From Oikopleura dioica (Eukaryota > Animalia > Chordata): a stretch of 64,000 bases of DNA. Of this stretch, positions 49,487 to 62,493 are shown piece after piece. The notes beneath the pieces are model-generated. The model did no database searches. It was not told where the DNA came from and was given only the letters and a program-made list of their open reading frames with translations. The first letter of the stretch is position 1. Every line of letters starts with the position of its first letter. The DNA lies in NCBI GenBank assembly GCA_907165135.1, contig OU015567.1:6386001-6450000 (forward strand), given 5' to 3'. The translations under genes were made by a program, and so were the position numbers.

Positions 49487-50235
49487 GCCACCCGAAAGAG
49501 ACTGTAAAAAAAGAAGGCCTTACCTCTTTGTAGGATTGACGAAAAAGTATGGATACAGCGGATTCGTCGCTGACAAGTGTTACAATATCATGGAAAAGAT
49601 GCTATCATCAAATGCTATTGAAATCACAGATTTCAACGACGACGATCACCACGACGCGGATCATCAACTTGAAGACCCATTTTACGACAGCAACATATTT
49701 TGAACTATCAATTTTGCATATTTTATACATAAAGATGAAAGTTCCCGACTCTTGATTTTGTGATGGAAAATTTGTTTCAAAGATGTGTATTAATTAAGCA
49801 ACAGAATAGATATTAACAGATTTGAAGCAAGGTTTGAAAATGGTTCATGGTGAGCGATGGCATCCATCGGATCTTGAGTCTTCTTTTCTTTCCGCAACGG
49901 ATTCGATCTTGGGCTTCTCAGCGTCGGAACCGATTTGACCCTTGTTTTCCGAAGCTAAAAGAGGGATTGTGCTGCCGATGGCGACTGATCCGATCATCGA
50001 GCTGGAACTTCGTTGCTTGGTTTTGTCTTGCTTTTGACTGCGTAGTCGTTTGAACTTTAACTCGCGCTTGTTGCTGAAAAAAGAAATGACTACCGAGAAG
50101 GCCAACATGGATTAGCTCTGTCAGCTGGAGAATTATCTCTACCGCGCGTAATGGCTAAAGCTAGCGATTTTCTATCTATTTTCTGCTAAAGAAGTAATAC
50201 GAAGTAATTCTCTTCCATGATTTCCAAATGACTTA

Positions 50236-50790
50236 CTATTGTCTATTCAAGTACAGCATCGCTCCACCAACACTTGCAACGAACACAGCAACTCCAGCGA
50301 TAATGATATTTGAAGCCGCTTCGAGGTTTTGAGCGCACTGAACCTCAGCGGGCCGTTCCTCAAGCTCGTCTTCGTTTTCTTCGAGGAGTAATTCGACTTC
50401 CTCGGACATTTGGTCGCCTGTGATTCGTGTCATGCCTCTTAGATCAACTTCTGAGAGCGGGATTTCGACTGCAACGGGTTGGATGCGATTGCCGCATTTG
50501 TCCTTTTGAACCCTTAATTTTCAGTAAATGGCTGAAGAAAAAAGTGGTTACTTACGTAAACATTCCACCAATGTGCAGGAATGGAGTACAGCAGCCTTGC
50601 ATGTTGAGCAACTGTAGGCACTGCTTGTGGCTTACTTTCTCCACTTGAACCATGTAGTAGCACTAGAAAATCACTATGAAAAAGGACATTCAAAAAGGAG
50701 ATCTTACATTTTGGCAAAGCTTTTTCGAGCAAGGATTCTTTTTCATCGGCGTAGCGGTGACGGAAGATTGAAGCGCAATCAGTAAGAGTA
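50236..50790 (-). CDS. Small orphan protein with a C-terminal hydrophobic (tail-anchor-like) segment; 5' end uncertain
   Basis: Exons join in frame to an ORF ending IIIAGVAVFVASVGGAMLYLNRQ*, using canonical GTAAG/AG junctions. Confidence 0.4.
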
Positions 50791-51824
50791 ATCTCGTCAT
50801 TTTTCGATTTTTTTTTGTTGTTGATTTAAAAATATATTCGTGTCTCTCGATCACAGGTAAATGATAATTAGCTCTGTCTTAGATAGTCGATGATTTTATA
50901 CAAGAGACCCTGACAGCGCAGGGTGGCGCTGTAGCAAAATACCCTCGCGCTCGAGTATGGAGAAGGATAAGCCAAAGCAGGTAACGAATGAGTTTCATAG
51001 AAAGTGAAGGATCATGCGTTTTTTATCAAGAGTTAAGCAACTAAATAATCAATACTCAAATGTAATGTAAATGTGTGGTTCGAATAAGACAGAACCAAAA
51101 CTACTTCTGCAAAATAAGAAATTCTTATGATAAACATCACCATTACCATAATGAAAACCATCAAGATTCTTGAGACTCAATACTTGGTCGGAGAAAGATT
51201 CTTCCTTCCAAGCAAGATATTCGAGAATCGAGAACATTAGCTGAGAATTTTGATTTATGCCCGGATGTCAAGAAAAATGTTTATGTTGACATCAAAATTT
51301 CAATATCCAGCCTTGGTAAAGCATTTAGTATCAAAATTTCGAATGGTAGACGATGTCTAAAGCTTTCCATATTTGATGTAGACATTTCATGAGATTCCTC
51401 TTCAAGAAACTCGAATTTCCAGCGCGGGGGCTTATGCTTTTATCATGGCACGATTATTTCGAAGAATCTTTCTAGCTTTGCTCAACAGGATGTTCTATAT
51501 TATCATTCTTTCAAAATCGACTGAATATGCATAGAATCCTGATTCTGCTAAATGCATCCTGCTTATGAAAGTAATCTGCAAGGAATAAAAAGTCAATTTT
51601 AGACATTGTGAAAGATTTACATTTGCCTAAAATTCGATATTGGAACAACTTTTCTTATAAATATATTTTCCTGCCGTTGACAGTAGTGATGTTCCACAGG
51701 GCCCGAAAGAAATTTGTAAAGATTGAACTTCTCGGAATAAATTAAATTTGACCTATTAGAGTGACATACAGAAAGTGATATCAAACGGCGCACATCAGAC
51801 TTTTTTCGTTGATTATTTTGTTTC

Positions 51825-53161
51825 TTAGTTGTAGTACTCGGACCAGGCTCGGACCATGCATCTGCCCATCTGAGCGGGCGAGTTGGTGGTGACGACTCCA
51901 ACGTCGTCGAGAGCCTGAAAGAGAATTTATTTACGTTTTTTACATGCGGAGCTGACGCGCCGGGGAAATGTTAATCCCTACGTAGAAGTTTGACTTTCCG
52001 ACGCGCTAACGTTAAGTATTTTCTACAGAATCCAGCATATTCCAAACTACAAAGAACAGAGCGGTCATAAAAATGGCATGTTAACCTATTGATGGTGTGG
52101 GAAAGCAACGCCAGAGCATCAAAATAACTGTCTCAGAGTAATTGAGAAACTTACAGCGAATTTAGCTTCGGCAGTTCCTTTGCCGCCAGAGATGATAGCA
52201 CCGGCGTGACCCATTCGTCGTCCGGGAGGAGCAGTAGAACCAGCGATAAATGCAACGACGGGCTTGGGGTTGGCCTGAAAGCGAATTTTGAATAAAAGAA
52301 TTACGTTGCTGATGAAACCTGGCTGAAGTTGTGCTCTCGGAGGTATTCAGCAGCCTGCTCTTCGGCATCACCACCGATTTCACCGATCATCATGATACCC
52401 TTGGTCTCTGGGTCGTTGAGGAAGACTTCGAGGCAATCGATGAAGTTGGTGCCGTTGAATGGATCACCACCGATACCAATGCAGAGGGTCTGGCCGAATC
52501 CAGTCTCGGTAGTTTGGTGCACAGCTTCGTAAGTGAGTGTGCCGGATCGAGAGACGATACCAATCTTTCCTCGCTGATGGATGTGACCGGGCATGATACC
52601 GATCTTGCACTGCTCGGGGGAGATGATGCCGGGGCAGTTGGGACCGATAAGTCGGGTCTTGTCCTGCTGGATCAGGGCAGATTTGACGCGGACCATGTCC
52701 TGGGCGGGGATACCTTCAGTGATGCAGACGGCAAGAGGAATTTCGGCTTCGATGGCATCAAGGATGGCGTTGGCGGCGAACTTGGGAGGGACGTAGATGA
52801 CGGTAGCGTCGGCACCAGTTCCCTTCAATCGTTAGATGATAAATATTCAACAGATGTTAATCATACCTTTCTTGCGTCAGCGACGGAGTTGAAAACAGGA
52901 ACGCCAAGGTGCTCCTGGCCACCTTTGCCGGGAGTGACACCACCGACGACCTGTGTACCGTAAGCAATGGCCTGCTCGGAGTGATAAGTACCCTGCTTGC
53001 CGGTGAAGCCTTGAACGATCACCTTAAATATATCGATGAAATAATGACGATTACAGAAATAAAACCTTAGTGTTGGCGCCAATTTTCAAGTTTGGTCGAG
53101 TAGCATCGTAGACCAACGATCGGGAGACCTGTCGGGCGACGTTCTGGGCGATCAACTTCAT
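51825..53161 (-). CDS. SUCLG1: Succinyl-CoA ligase alpha subunit
   Basis: [51 protein letters not shown]. Confidence 0.97.
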
Positions 53162-53619
53162 CCTGAAAAAGCTTTTTTAATTGCAAATAATGGTATTTTC
53201 AGATATGTTCGGGAATGCATTCGAGTATTATATATTTTAACAATCGTTTCATAGGCAGAAAGGCTCGATCAAAGTCAGTAAGGTTTAATCAGATGGACTT
53301 CATCGATTTGTCCTGTCTGAAGATCATCTCCTGATTAGTACAGGTAGAGAGATTCACAGGTATATATGCTGCTAATGAAAGAAACTAAGCACAATCAATA
53401 AGCGAGTATAACCGCTAAACGAAGAAGAACTGAAATTTTCAAAGGGAAAATATTCTAGATTTTGATATCAAGGAGGAGAAATAAAGTAAAGGTCAATATT
53501 CTTCAAGATTTATAGACCTTTGAACTTGTCAAGTATTCAACAGGGGCAGTGTGGAATGGTCAGGAAGGCATTAGTTTTGAGAAGATTCAGGTTGACACAA
53601 TGTTAATTACGATCTTCGT

Positions 53620-55445
53620 TCATGAATTGAGCGTTTTCCGACTGGATTCGCGCTGCTGATTTATCGTGTGACTGATGATGTCTTTCAGCGTTCGGCCAAA
53701 TTGTGCGAGAACAGCTCTTTCCGCGGCAACAGGATCATCCTAGAACATTTGCTGTTACAAAACACACGAAGGAAATTTATCTCAAATGGACCAGAGAGAT
53801 CTGACATGGATGAAGGATTACTCCAACTTTTCCGAACATTCTCGTAACACATTTTTTGGAATAACGTACGGTACATGAAGTATGATACGTACCGGCTTAG
53901 ACCGAGCTGACGCAATCAAGCAGTTAGCAGCAGCGGAAACAACAGCTGGACTGAGAGTCGTTTGCAGAATCCTTGAGACGCCCAGCTTTTGGCGCTTGGC
54001 ACCAGGAGGTCCGAGATCATTGAAAATGCTTAAAAATTATTCAAACCCAATTATATAAAGAGTTCTAGAATATCCACAAAATAGCCGGATAAATGGCTTT
54101 CCAATTATTAAATCAATAAATTAAATTTCAATAATTTTCAAATATGATCGAGATGATTTTCTTGTTTACAATAAGCTGTAGGTGCAAAATTCTTCCGGTG
54201 TGGTATTCTCTGACTCACAAAGTAATGATCTTTGACCTTAAACAAATTGAACTTACTCATGGTCGTCTCGATTTTTGCATCCAACACAATTACAAATGTC
54301 ATTGCATGGCACTCCCGCCTGATAACACTCGCAGTACTTTTTCAAGCAGCCAGAGCGTTTACAGTTGCACCCGCGCAGGTGCTTCCCTTTGTTGTTTACT
54401 TGTTTCCCGCTTTTGGCGACTTTGGGCTAGAAGAAATAAAAATCGATGAAAACCAGTTCTGAAAATGGAAAATTCTAACCTTGAAGGCGTCTTCGTTGCG
54501 ATCAAGTGCTGATTTTATCGCTTTTTGGCGGAGATCGTTGTATTGTTCCTAGATTTCAAACTGAAAAGAAACAGCAAACTGCTGTACCTGATTATGACAC
54601 ATTGTACAGGCACAGTAAGAGTGGCAGTATTCTCCTCTTCGAAAACATTCGCAATAGAGCTTCAGGCACTTTGATTTTGAGCAAGAACAACCCTTGTTAT
54701 TTCCAGAGACGGTAGCGTTGGGGTTGCTCCGGTTGAGAAGGTTTTCGGTGATCATGTGTTCCGTGACAGTCGCGGAGACGGGCATTGGAGATGGAAGGAC
54801 GTAAGGATGACTTGCTGGAGCTAGGTTGAATGAGCTTGACGTTCCCTCGTTTCGGCCGCGGAACTAGAAAAGACACTCAGACCGATTAATTCTCTGAGTA
54901 CGTTACCTCGTCACTCATTGTGCTTTCAAGTTTCACGGACTGAACTTGCTGCGGTCTTGCTGATTGAATCAGAGTTGGCTAAAAAAACTCTTAGCTCGTA
55001 TAAGGGGTAAGCGAAAGTACCGATTGCTGGCTTGGAGCATTTTTCTGAATGTAGGTGATTTGGCCATTTGAGTTCGTAACTGGCTGGAGAAAGACGACGC
55101 GTTGATTTTGAGGAGCTTGAATCACCTGTTGCCCGCTTACGTTCACGACTTTTAAGGGAGAATTAATGAGGAGATCGGGGTTAGATGAAAATACCTTGTT
55201 GGCTCGGAATTACGACTCGCGTTTTCGCCTTTGCTGGCCGGATTGTTCTAGGACTGAAAGGCGTAAGATTAAATTTGCGCATGTATTATTTTCTTATTAA
55301 ACCTTTTGGTTGGGACATGGAATTGAATTTGGCCCGGCTGAATGGGCCTATTCTGACCCTGCGCTGGAGCGATCGGCCTGATCTGGATGTAATTTGTTTT
55401 CGGTGCATTTTGCGGCAGATTTTGCCTTGGCTGATTTGGATCCAT
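53620..55445 (-). CDS. Tesmin/LIN54-like twin CXC-domain protein
   Basis: [16 protein letters not shown] and [26 protein letters not shown] domains, plus a C-terminal [20 protein letters not shown] like LIN54/tesmin. Confidence 0.85.
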
Positions 55446-55884
55446 TACAATTTCATTCCTGAAAAAATTGACTTCGATGACTTTTTTTATAACATTTTAT
55501 TGTGATCGAGCTACTAGCATTCAATTGTATCCGTGTAATTGTTTAAATGTTTCCAGTAATTGATCTGCACTTGATCTGCACTATTTAGATGTTTGGTGAA
55601 GCTTTTTTGAAATGAAAGAAAAGGTAATTGAGAGATAAAGAAAAGTTATCGTAAATCAAGTGAAAAGAAATTTCAAATCAGAGAGTATTTGGAACAAGGT
55701 TAAATTGAAGCATTGTTTTATTCGGGCAGAGGAGTCGAAAGAGGGACGAAATCAAGTACTTTCGGTGAAACAAAGGAAATGAGCGTAAACGCTTGAATTT
55801 TTTAGATTTTTTTTTTCGTTCTTATTAGTGAAGGTAATTTCGTGGCTTTTAGGGGTTTTAATATGATTATTATCATTTTGATTT

Positions 55885-56917
55885 CTACATTGGATTGTAT
55901 CCACTGTATGTTTTTCGTCTTCCAATAATGTAAGCGACACAAATAGCGAGAACCAAACCAGCGAGAGCAGTAGCAACAATGATCGGCACTAGAAATCATT
56001 ATCTATCGGCCAATTCAAATTCATTATCATACCAAGAAGCGACTCTTCAATATCAGCAGCGCAACTGATTGCCTTTGAAAAGTGTGTAGCGTTTTCAATC
56101 GGGTAGTTAGCCAAGGCGACTTCAACCCACAAGTCGGACATTGTAATGCTAGCCGTCGAATTCCTTAGTTGAAATGTAAAGGGAGTTGAGTTTTCGAAGA
56201 CTTACTGTTGTTCTTCTACAGTCAAGTTGGAAGTGAAGCCAGTAATGCAAGAGTATGCGATTCCTCCGTAGATCCACTCCGCTTTGAGATCTTCAGTGAC
56301 CAGTCGAACATCATCCGCTAGAATAAAAACTAGAATCTCTTATTCTATCTCTATCTTACCATCAACAGCTGTGATAGAGTCAATCTTCCATTTAGTTTCA
56401 TTTCCAAGGCCAGTGACATTGTAGCTGAGCGCGAAGTTGAGCTGAACATCATCGCTAAAAACGAGAATTAAAGCTGACCGCTTCATAATGGTCTTTACTT
56501 GTAATTGACAACAAGAGCGCCGGCTTGCGTTCCGTCAAAGCCAAGGCATGATGATTCAGAGGTGATGACTTCTGTTTCGTTTGATCGAATAGTATCTTAG
56601 GATTTAATAAAAAGGAAGGTGGAAAGGAAAAGAACTTACAGTTGTTTGTTTGAGTTTGAACTTCTGCGACGAACTGCATCATGATGCAAGGCTGGTCAGC
56701 CTCGTCGTAAAGGACTTTGATCTCTAAATGAAGGGATTAACAAGATTGGGGGTAGCGCTGTCTTGCCTGATGGAACAACCGGTTTCGGCGTTGGCTCAAT
56801 TGTTGTCGGCACTTGTTCTGGAGTTGTTGGATCAGGAACGGGCGTCGTGGGAGCCGGCTCCGGAGTCGTATCATTTTGACCAAACGCGAGAGCGACAAAG
56901 ACTGATAAGAGCTTCAT
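55885..56917 (-). CDS. LAMP-family lysosomal membrane glycoprotein (single LAMP domain)
   Basis: Signal peptide, Pro/Thr stalk, four-Cys LAMP-like domain, TM VPIIVATALAGLVLAICVAYII, and tail GRRKTYSGYNPM* (GYxxPhi). Confidence 0.85.
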
Positions 56918-57034
56918 CTTTGATCTATAAAATGCCATTTATTTTCTCCTAATGATCTTACATTCAATGAGAAAGTAAGAGTTTAGGGCAGTGGAGAACA
57001 GAGAGCACAAGATAATCAAATGAACTATTTTTTT

Positions 57035-58379
57035 CTAAAATACGCCGGCTTTTCTTTCTTCTTCGCGGACTTGACGCAGTTCCCCGCATTCCACAATTTT
57101 GACCTAAAAACGCTCAATTTCTAAAATCAAGGAAGAGAACAATTTTACCGTCTTTTTGACCACGCCACTTTTGGCACCGCAAGCTTCCATTTGACGCAAG
57201 CAGTCCAGTCCTTTGATTAGTTTTCCGAAAACGACGTGTTTTCCGTCTAACCAGTCCGTCTGAATAAATGATATTAATCAAAATCTCAGACAGAGATTAT
57301 TCTTTTAATCATGCCTTGCCGAACACGGAGACACACGTAAATAATCTCTTACCTTTTCCGTACAAATAAAGAACTGCGACCCGTTCGTATTCGGACCACA
57401 GTTCGCCATCGACAGTATTCCCGGTCCGTCGTGCTTCAGGACAAAATTTTCGTCATCGAATTTTTTTCCGTAAATTGATTTTCCACCCGTTCCATCTCCA
57501 TGCTGAAAATCGCCTCCTTGACACATGAATCCAGGAATAATTCGATGAAAGCTCGAGTTTTTGTAGCCGAAACCTTTTTCGCCTGTGATGAGTTTTCTTG
57601 TGAAAAAGAATTAGCTCAGGTGTAGAGAACTAAAAGTTTGCCAACCTGAAGTTTTCAGTCGTTCTGGGAACTGTATCCTGCCGGAGCTCAAACTCCATTC
57701 GCCCGGCAAATTGGCCGCCAATAGTGATGTCGAAGTAAACTCGCGGATTAGCCTCGTTGGTCATTCCACTCTTTGTCTTATCTGAAATATAAAGGATCAG
57801 CCCCGACCGTAGCTGAATGAATCTTGCATATTTTGATAGCTATCCGTTCTTAGGAAATGAGAAGCTGTGACTGTAACTGTAACTCACCAATGGTTGCTGT
57901 TTTGCCAGTATGCTCGACGGATACATCGCCCAACGGACCAGTTCGCTCATCTTCCAGCGTTTTACCTGCGTATTTCGCGAGCCACGAATCATCCGCCCAA
58001 ACCGGTCTCGAATAGTGACCATCTTTCATCTACACACATTTCGTGTATTTTATCCTTAGGACTAGAATCTAACCTTGATTGGTCGCGCAATATTGACCTT
58101 TAGCGTCCTTCCAAAAAGCTCAGCATCGTCCATGTTGTCCATGGCCGAAGCAGCGTCGCCGACTTCTTTGTATTCAACAAAAGCGAAGCCTCTGTGAGCT
58201 TCAGTCTCAAAATCCAGTGGCACTGTGATATCTTAAAACATCATCATCAGACACAATTCAAGCTCATATTTCCTACCTATGATATCACCAAAAGGAATGA
58301 AGGCCGCGTGGACCATCTTTTCGTCCACCTCTTCGGCCAAGCCACCCACATAAAGCAATTTCTTATTTGTCGTAGCCAT
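57035..58379 (-). CDS. PPIE: Cyclophilin E (RRM plus PPIase)
   Basis: [22 protein letters not shown] and the cyclophilin motifs [40 protein letters not shown]. Confidence 0.95.
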
Positions 58380-58572
58380 CTATTTATGATCTTAAATCGA
58401 TAAAATTTGAATTTTTGACGGCTCTAGTCATTTGTAATTGAAATGTGTGACGAGCGCAAGATGTGGGAACAGTTACAGTTATTTTTAACATTCTGGTAGT
58501 ATTTCATACTCAATTCCTTTCGGAAAAACGTTCGTTCGATTCAAATTGAGAAGATGAGATCGAAATTCTCAA

Positions 58573-59548
58573 TTACGCCACCATTGAGTCGATGAGAGCG
58601 TGTCTCATGTCGCCAGTAACCTTGTCGGGCTGCTGATCGTTGAGACGGAAAATGGACTCTATCACCGAGATTTCCGTTGCAGTCGTGTCTTGCCCGACGA
58701 AGGAGACCCAATCATTTACAACCATTCCGCCTAAAAACACAAAAATTTATTCCATTAGCAACAACAAGAAGTCTGACAGCCAAGAAGTCTAACAGCAATG
58801 AAGTCTGAGAGAGCTACGTACCTCCGATAACATCGGATCCTCTGTTGACCGTTCCAGCCACAAGGGGCACCTGCAACAAGCTCGCTAATTCATCCTGATC
58901 CTCTGGCGTTGTTTTCGGGTGCACAAGGCCGCCCTTGTTTGTAAACTGACAATACGTCCCAACCAAAACCTGATCTGCAACTGTTTGCCTAAATAAGAGA
59001 AATGAATAATATTATTCAAATTTCGCGTGGAGCAGCTGGCGCACCTAAAAACTTCGACATTGAGCGTGTCGGCGATGATTTCTTCCGTTTCCCGATCAAT
59101 ATCTGGGTGGACGAGGGCGACGTAGTCATTGCAAGCGATAACGTTTCCAAGAGCTGATAAGCGTTCTTCTATCCGCATGACTCTGACACCGTCGGGGAGC
59201 GAGTTACGGATGTGCTGGAAGAGAAAACGTTTATGTAGGGCCCGATGTAGGTTACAATACCTGAAGCTCCTGATCTGTTGTGTTCTGAGGGCAGAGGACG
59301 CCGTTTTTGTTTCCAGCAGTCAATCGGCCGATAATTCTGCATCCAGCAATTGATGTGTGCACAACGGGAATAACGTCCGTTAATTCAGACTCAAAAACGC
59401 TACAAAACTATTTCCGCATCTTCATAAAAAAGATTAAATACCTGTAAAAGTTCTCGTTGGCTCCAATGCCGACAAGGGCGTACTTGTTTGTAAGTTTAGC
59501 AAAGACGCCAACTTCGTTCGAGTTCTCAAAGTTAGTACGAAGAGCCAT
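58573..59548 (-). CDS. EIF6: Translation initiation factor 6
   Basis: [59 protein letters not shown]. Confidence 0.95.
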
Positions 59549-60143
59549 TCTGAATGATAAGAGTTATTAATGCATTTGGTACCGAAAGGGACTTTTATCA
59601 AGAATTTTTTTGTAGCCAGCTGAAAAAGTGGCAGTGAACCTGTCAACTAGGGCCGAGTCATCAGTGGTCAGTTCGTGGTGGTAAGAAAAGCGATACAAAA
59701 CATGTACAAAACTTGTAAATGTAAATGCAAATAAGGGTCGAATAGTGTAAATTTGTACAGATAAATGGAGGATGCGTTAATTTAGATAAATCAGGTTAAT
59801 TTACAGATGCACGGTAGGAATAAAACAATCGGAAAAGACGTATCAATGAGTAATTTTTGACTGTCAAGGAATATAAAAAGGAATTTTAATTGAATTGAAG
59901 AGAGAGAGCCCAAAAATACAAACTGATAGTCACTAGTTGGCCGGTAAACGAGGTTATAAAAGAGATCTAATGTAATAAGTGAATACTGGATATTTTATAA
60001 CAGAAGATAAAGGATAGAAACTTGGTATTGAACAATTATTATATAATAATAGTAATAATAAAATAATGAACAAATTGGAGCACATTTTAAGACAAAACTT
60101 GAAGTTGCGAATCATAAAAATGAGAGGGGTTAACTCAAAATGT

Positions 60144-62019
60144 TCAGAACTTTATTTTACTAATCTCGTCGTCCCAGATTGCGTCGCTGGTTGGGATGCG
60201 GCCTGGTCGGGACTTTGGCGTTCGCGCTTTGAGTTGGATAGAATCAGCCTCTTCGTTCATCTCCTCTTCGTCTTCCAGCGTTATGTCAGGATTGAGAGAC
60301 CTACGTTTGCTCACTGGAGTTCGTAAGCGGCTTTCTGAGAAAGAAACGCGACTCGAGTTCGCTGAACGATGAATGTTTGTTGAGGTCTCTTGAGGCTGCG
60401 AGCTGGCCGTCTGCGACATAAAGTCACCATGAAGCGATCGAGTGCTACTGGGAAGAATCGCCGGCTGGGAAAACGAATGATGCAGCTTCTTTTGTGGCGA
60501 TCTATGTGCGTAAATCGCATCCCATCGCTTGTTAGGCACTCTACGAGGAGTACCAGAGCCAAGGCTGCTCACGGAAATTGAAGGAGAACGGGAACCGCTT
60601 GACGCAGGAGGAGGCATCGAAAGCACTAAAGAATCACTTTGTCTCCTGTTTGAGCTTAGATATAGATTACCTCGGCCTAGTTGCGGAGCAGGCTGGCTAT
60701 GAGAAGATAGGCGTCGTTCAGAGAAATGTGATGGGCGAACGGGAGTTTGTTGAGAGTAGATTCGCTCGCGTCTTGGAGACAACATCGTCACTTCGTTGTC
60801 GAAATCTTCTTCTTCGTCGATGTCTGATTGACCAGGGTGGCTAACGCCAGATAGTCGTCTATTTCTGACGAGGAGGTCGAGAGAAGTGGGATCAGCAGAA
60901 TGAGTTGATCTCGGTGAAGCTGAACCAGCAAGGATGGGCTTCCGCACTCTCATCGGCCACGGCCGAAAAGCCTTTGGCTTACCAACGTTTGTGTTTGGTG
61001 TTGATGTCAGGATGTGCACCGGATCTTCTGGCACGTGGATTGGTGGCGGAGGCAAACTCATGGTATGGGATGTCGATCGCGATTCAGAAGGAGGTGATGG
61101 AAAGATTGAATACGGAACTGGTAACTTTGGCGAAGAGGATTCTCTCCGGGCTAGAGCCTTTTTCGTAGGCCTCTCTTCTGACCGAGGCTTGCGAGGCTTC
61201 CTCGATGGTGTTTTCATTTCCGATGGTGAGGTCTTTTTCTTTGGCGTAGAAGCAACTTTAGGAACAGATTTACTTCGCTGCTTAACTTGCTGAGGTTTGG
61301 AGGTCTTTTCTTTCGTCTGTTTGCCAGTCCTGTTAGCTGATTTAGCCCGAGGTGCAGCTGCTTTTTTCGTCTTTTCAGATTCTGGTGGCTTTTTTGCAGT
61401 GGACTTTGCCTTTTTTGCTGTGGATTCTTTTTTCCCTTTTGGTTGGACTTCGTTATTGTTGTCCCCCTTCACATTCTGCATCGGAAAGAATTCGTAGTCC
61501 GGCTCATCGAGCCAAAGGTTCTTCGGCGGCAGTTTTGTCTTGTAGGAGTTCTTGTACAAGTAGTCCACGAGAATGTATTCTCGCTGCTTTTTATGGCCTC
61601 GGCGTTGAACACTTGCTCGGAAAAGCCGCCGTTCTGGGCCGACGAATTCGATCTTGGATGATTTTTTGATCCAATCGTTGTTCTTTGGCTTGTAAGATGG
61701 CTGCCGCTTGTTTCTCCGGGAGACGACGACGTCCAGAATCACTGGACCGTCATGAGGTATCTGAGGAATGAGGTTAGTTATGGGAAGAATTTAAGGGTCT
61801 TACATAAATAGGCGATCTTTGCGGAGATGGAGCTCGCGATGGAGGAGGAGTTACGTACTCTTCCTTGATTTCTTCTGTTGTTTTTTCACGACCACGGCTC
61901 TTTTTCGATAATTTCCCATTATTGACCTTCTTGGTTATTTGCTCCTTTTCGACCTTTTTTGAAGCTGTTTCAAGTCTTTTCGACTTTCTCGGCGCCGATT
62001 TCGATCGTAACGTAACCAT
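60144..62019 (-). CDS. Orphan ~610-aa basic, Ser/Pro/Arg-rich protein
   Basis: ORF 61774-62019 joins the 532-aa ORF in frame through a 43-nt GT-AG intron (61761-61803). No family recognised. Confidence 0.65.
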
Positions 62020-62493
62020 GGTGCAGTTACATTCACTTGTTTGCTCTAAAGAATTCTTTTAACTCCTTGTTTGGTGGAATAAATTTACATATAATATTTA
62101 GTGAAATAGAAAGAAATAAAGTAGTTTTACGATAATATAAAGTTTTATGAATTTTCACTTTGGTTTAGTTCTACTATTTTTTTCTCTGAACTTTCATCAG
62201 GGGTGAAATTGCTGAAGATATCTTAATTTTAAACATGGAAAACGGTATTCATTTAAAATTATCAAAACTGTCAGTTGCTTATCTGTGACAAAAAAGTAGT
62301 GAAAAATAACGAAGGAACATAAAAAAACAGGTGATTGGAGGATATCTTGAGGCAGTGAAACAAAACAAAACTACAACGTGTAAGAACCGTGGGTGAAAGA
62401 AATCATGGTCACAAAAAATATCAAAAAATATGAAAAGGGGAACAGAGGGGCAGTTCAAAGTGATCTAATTAACGAAATAGAAGAAACTGCACA

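Noticed and set aside
52331-52963. 210-aa plus-strand ORF
   Set aside because: Antisense shadow of the strongly codon-biased SUCLG1.
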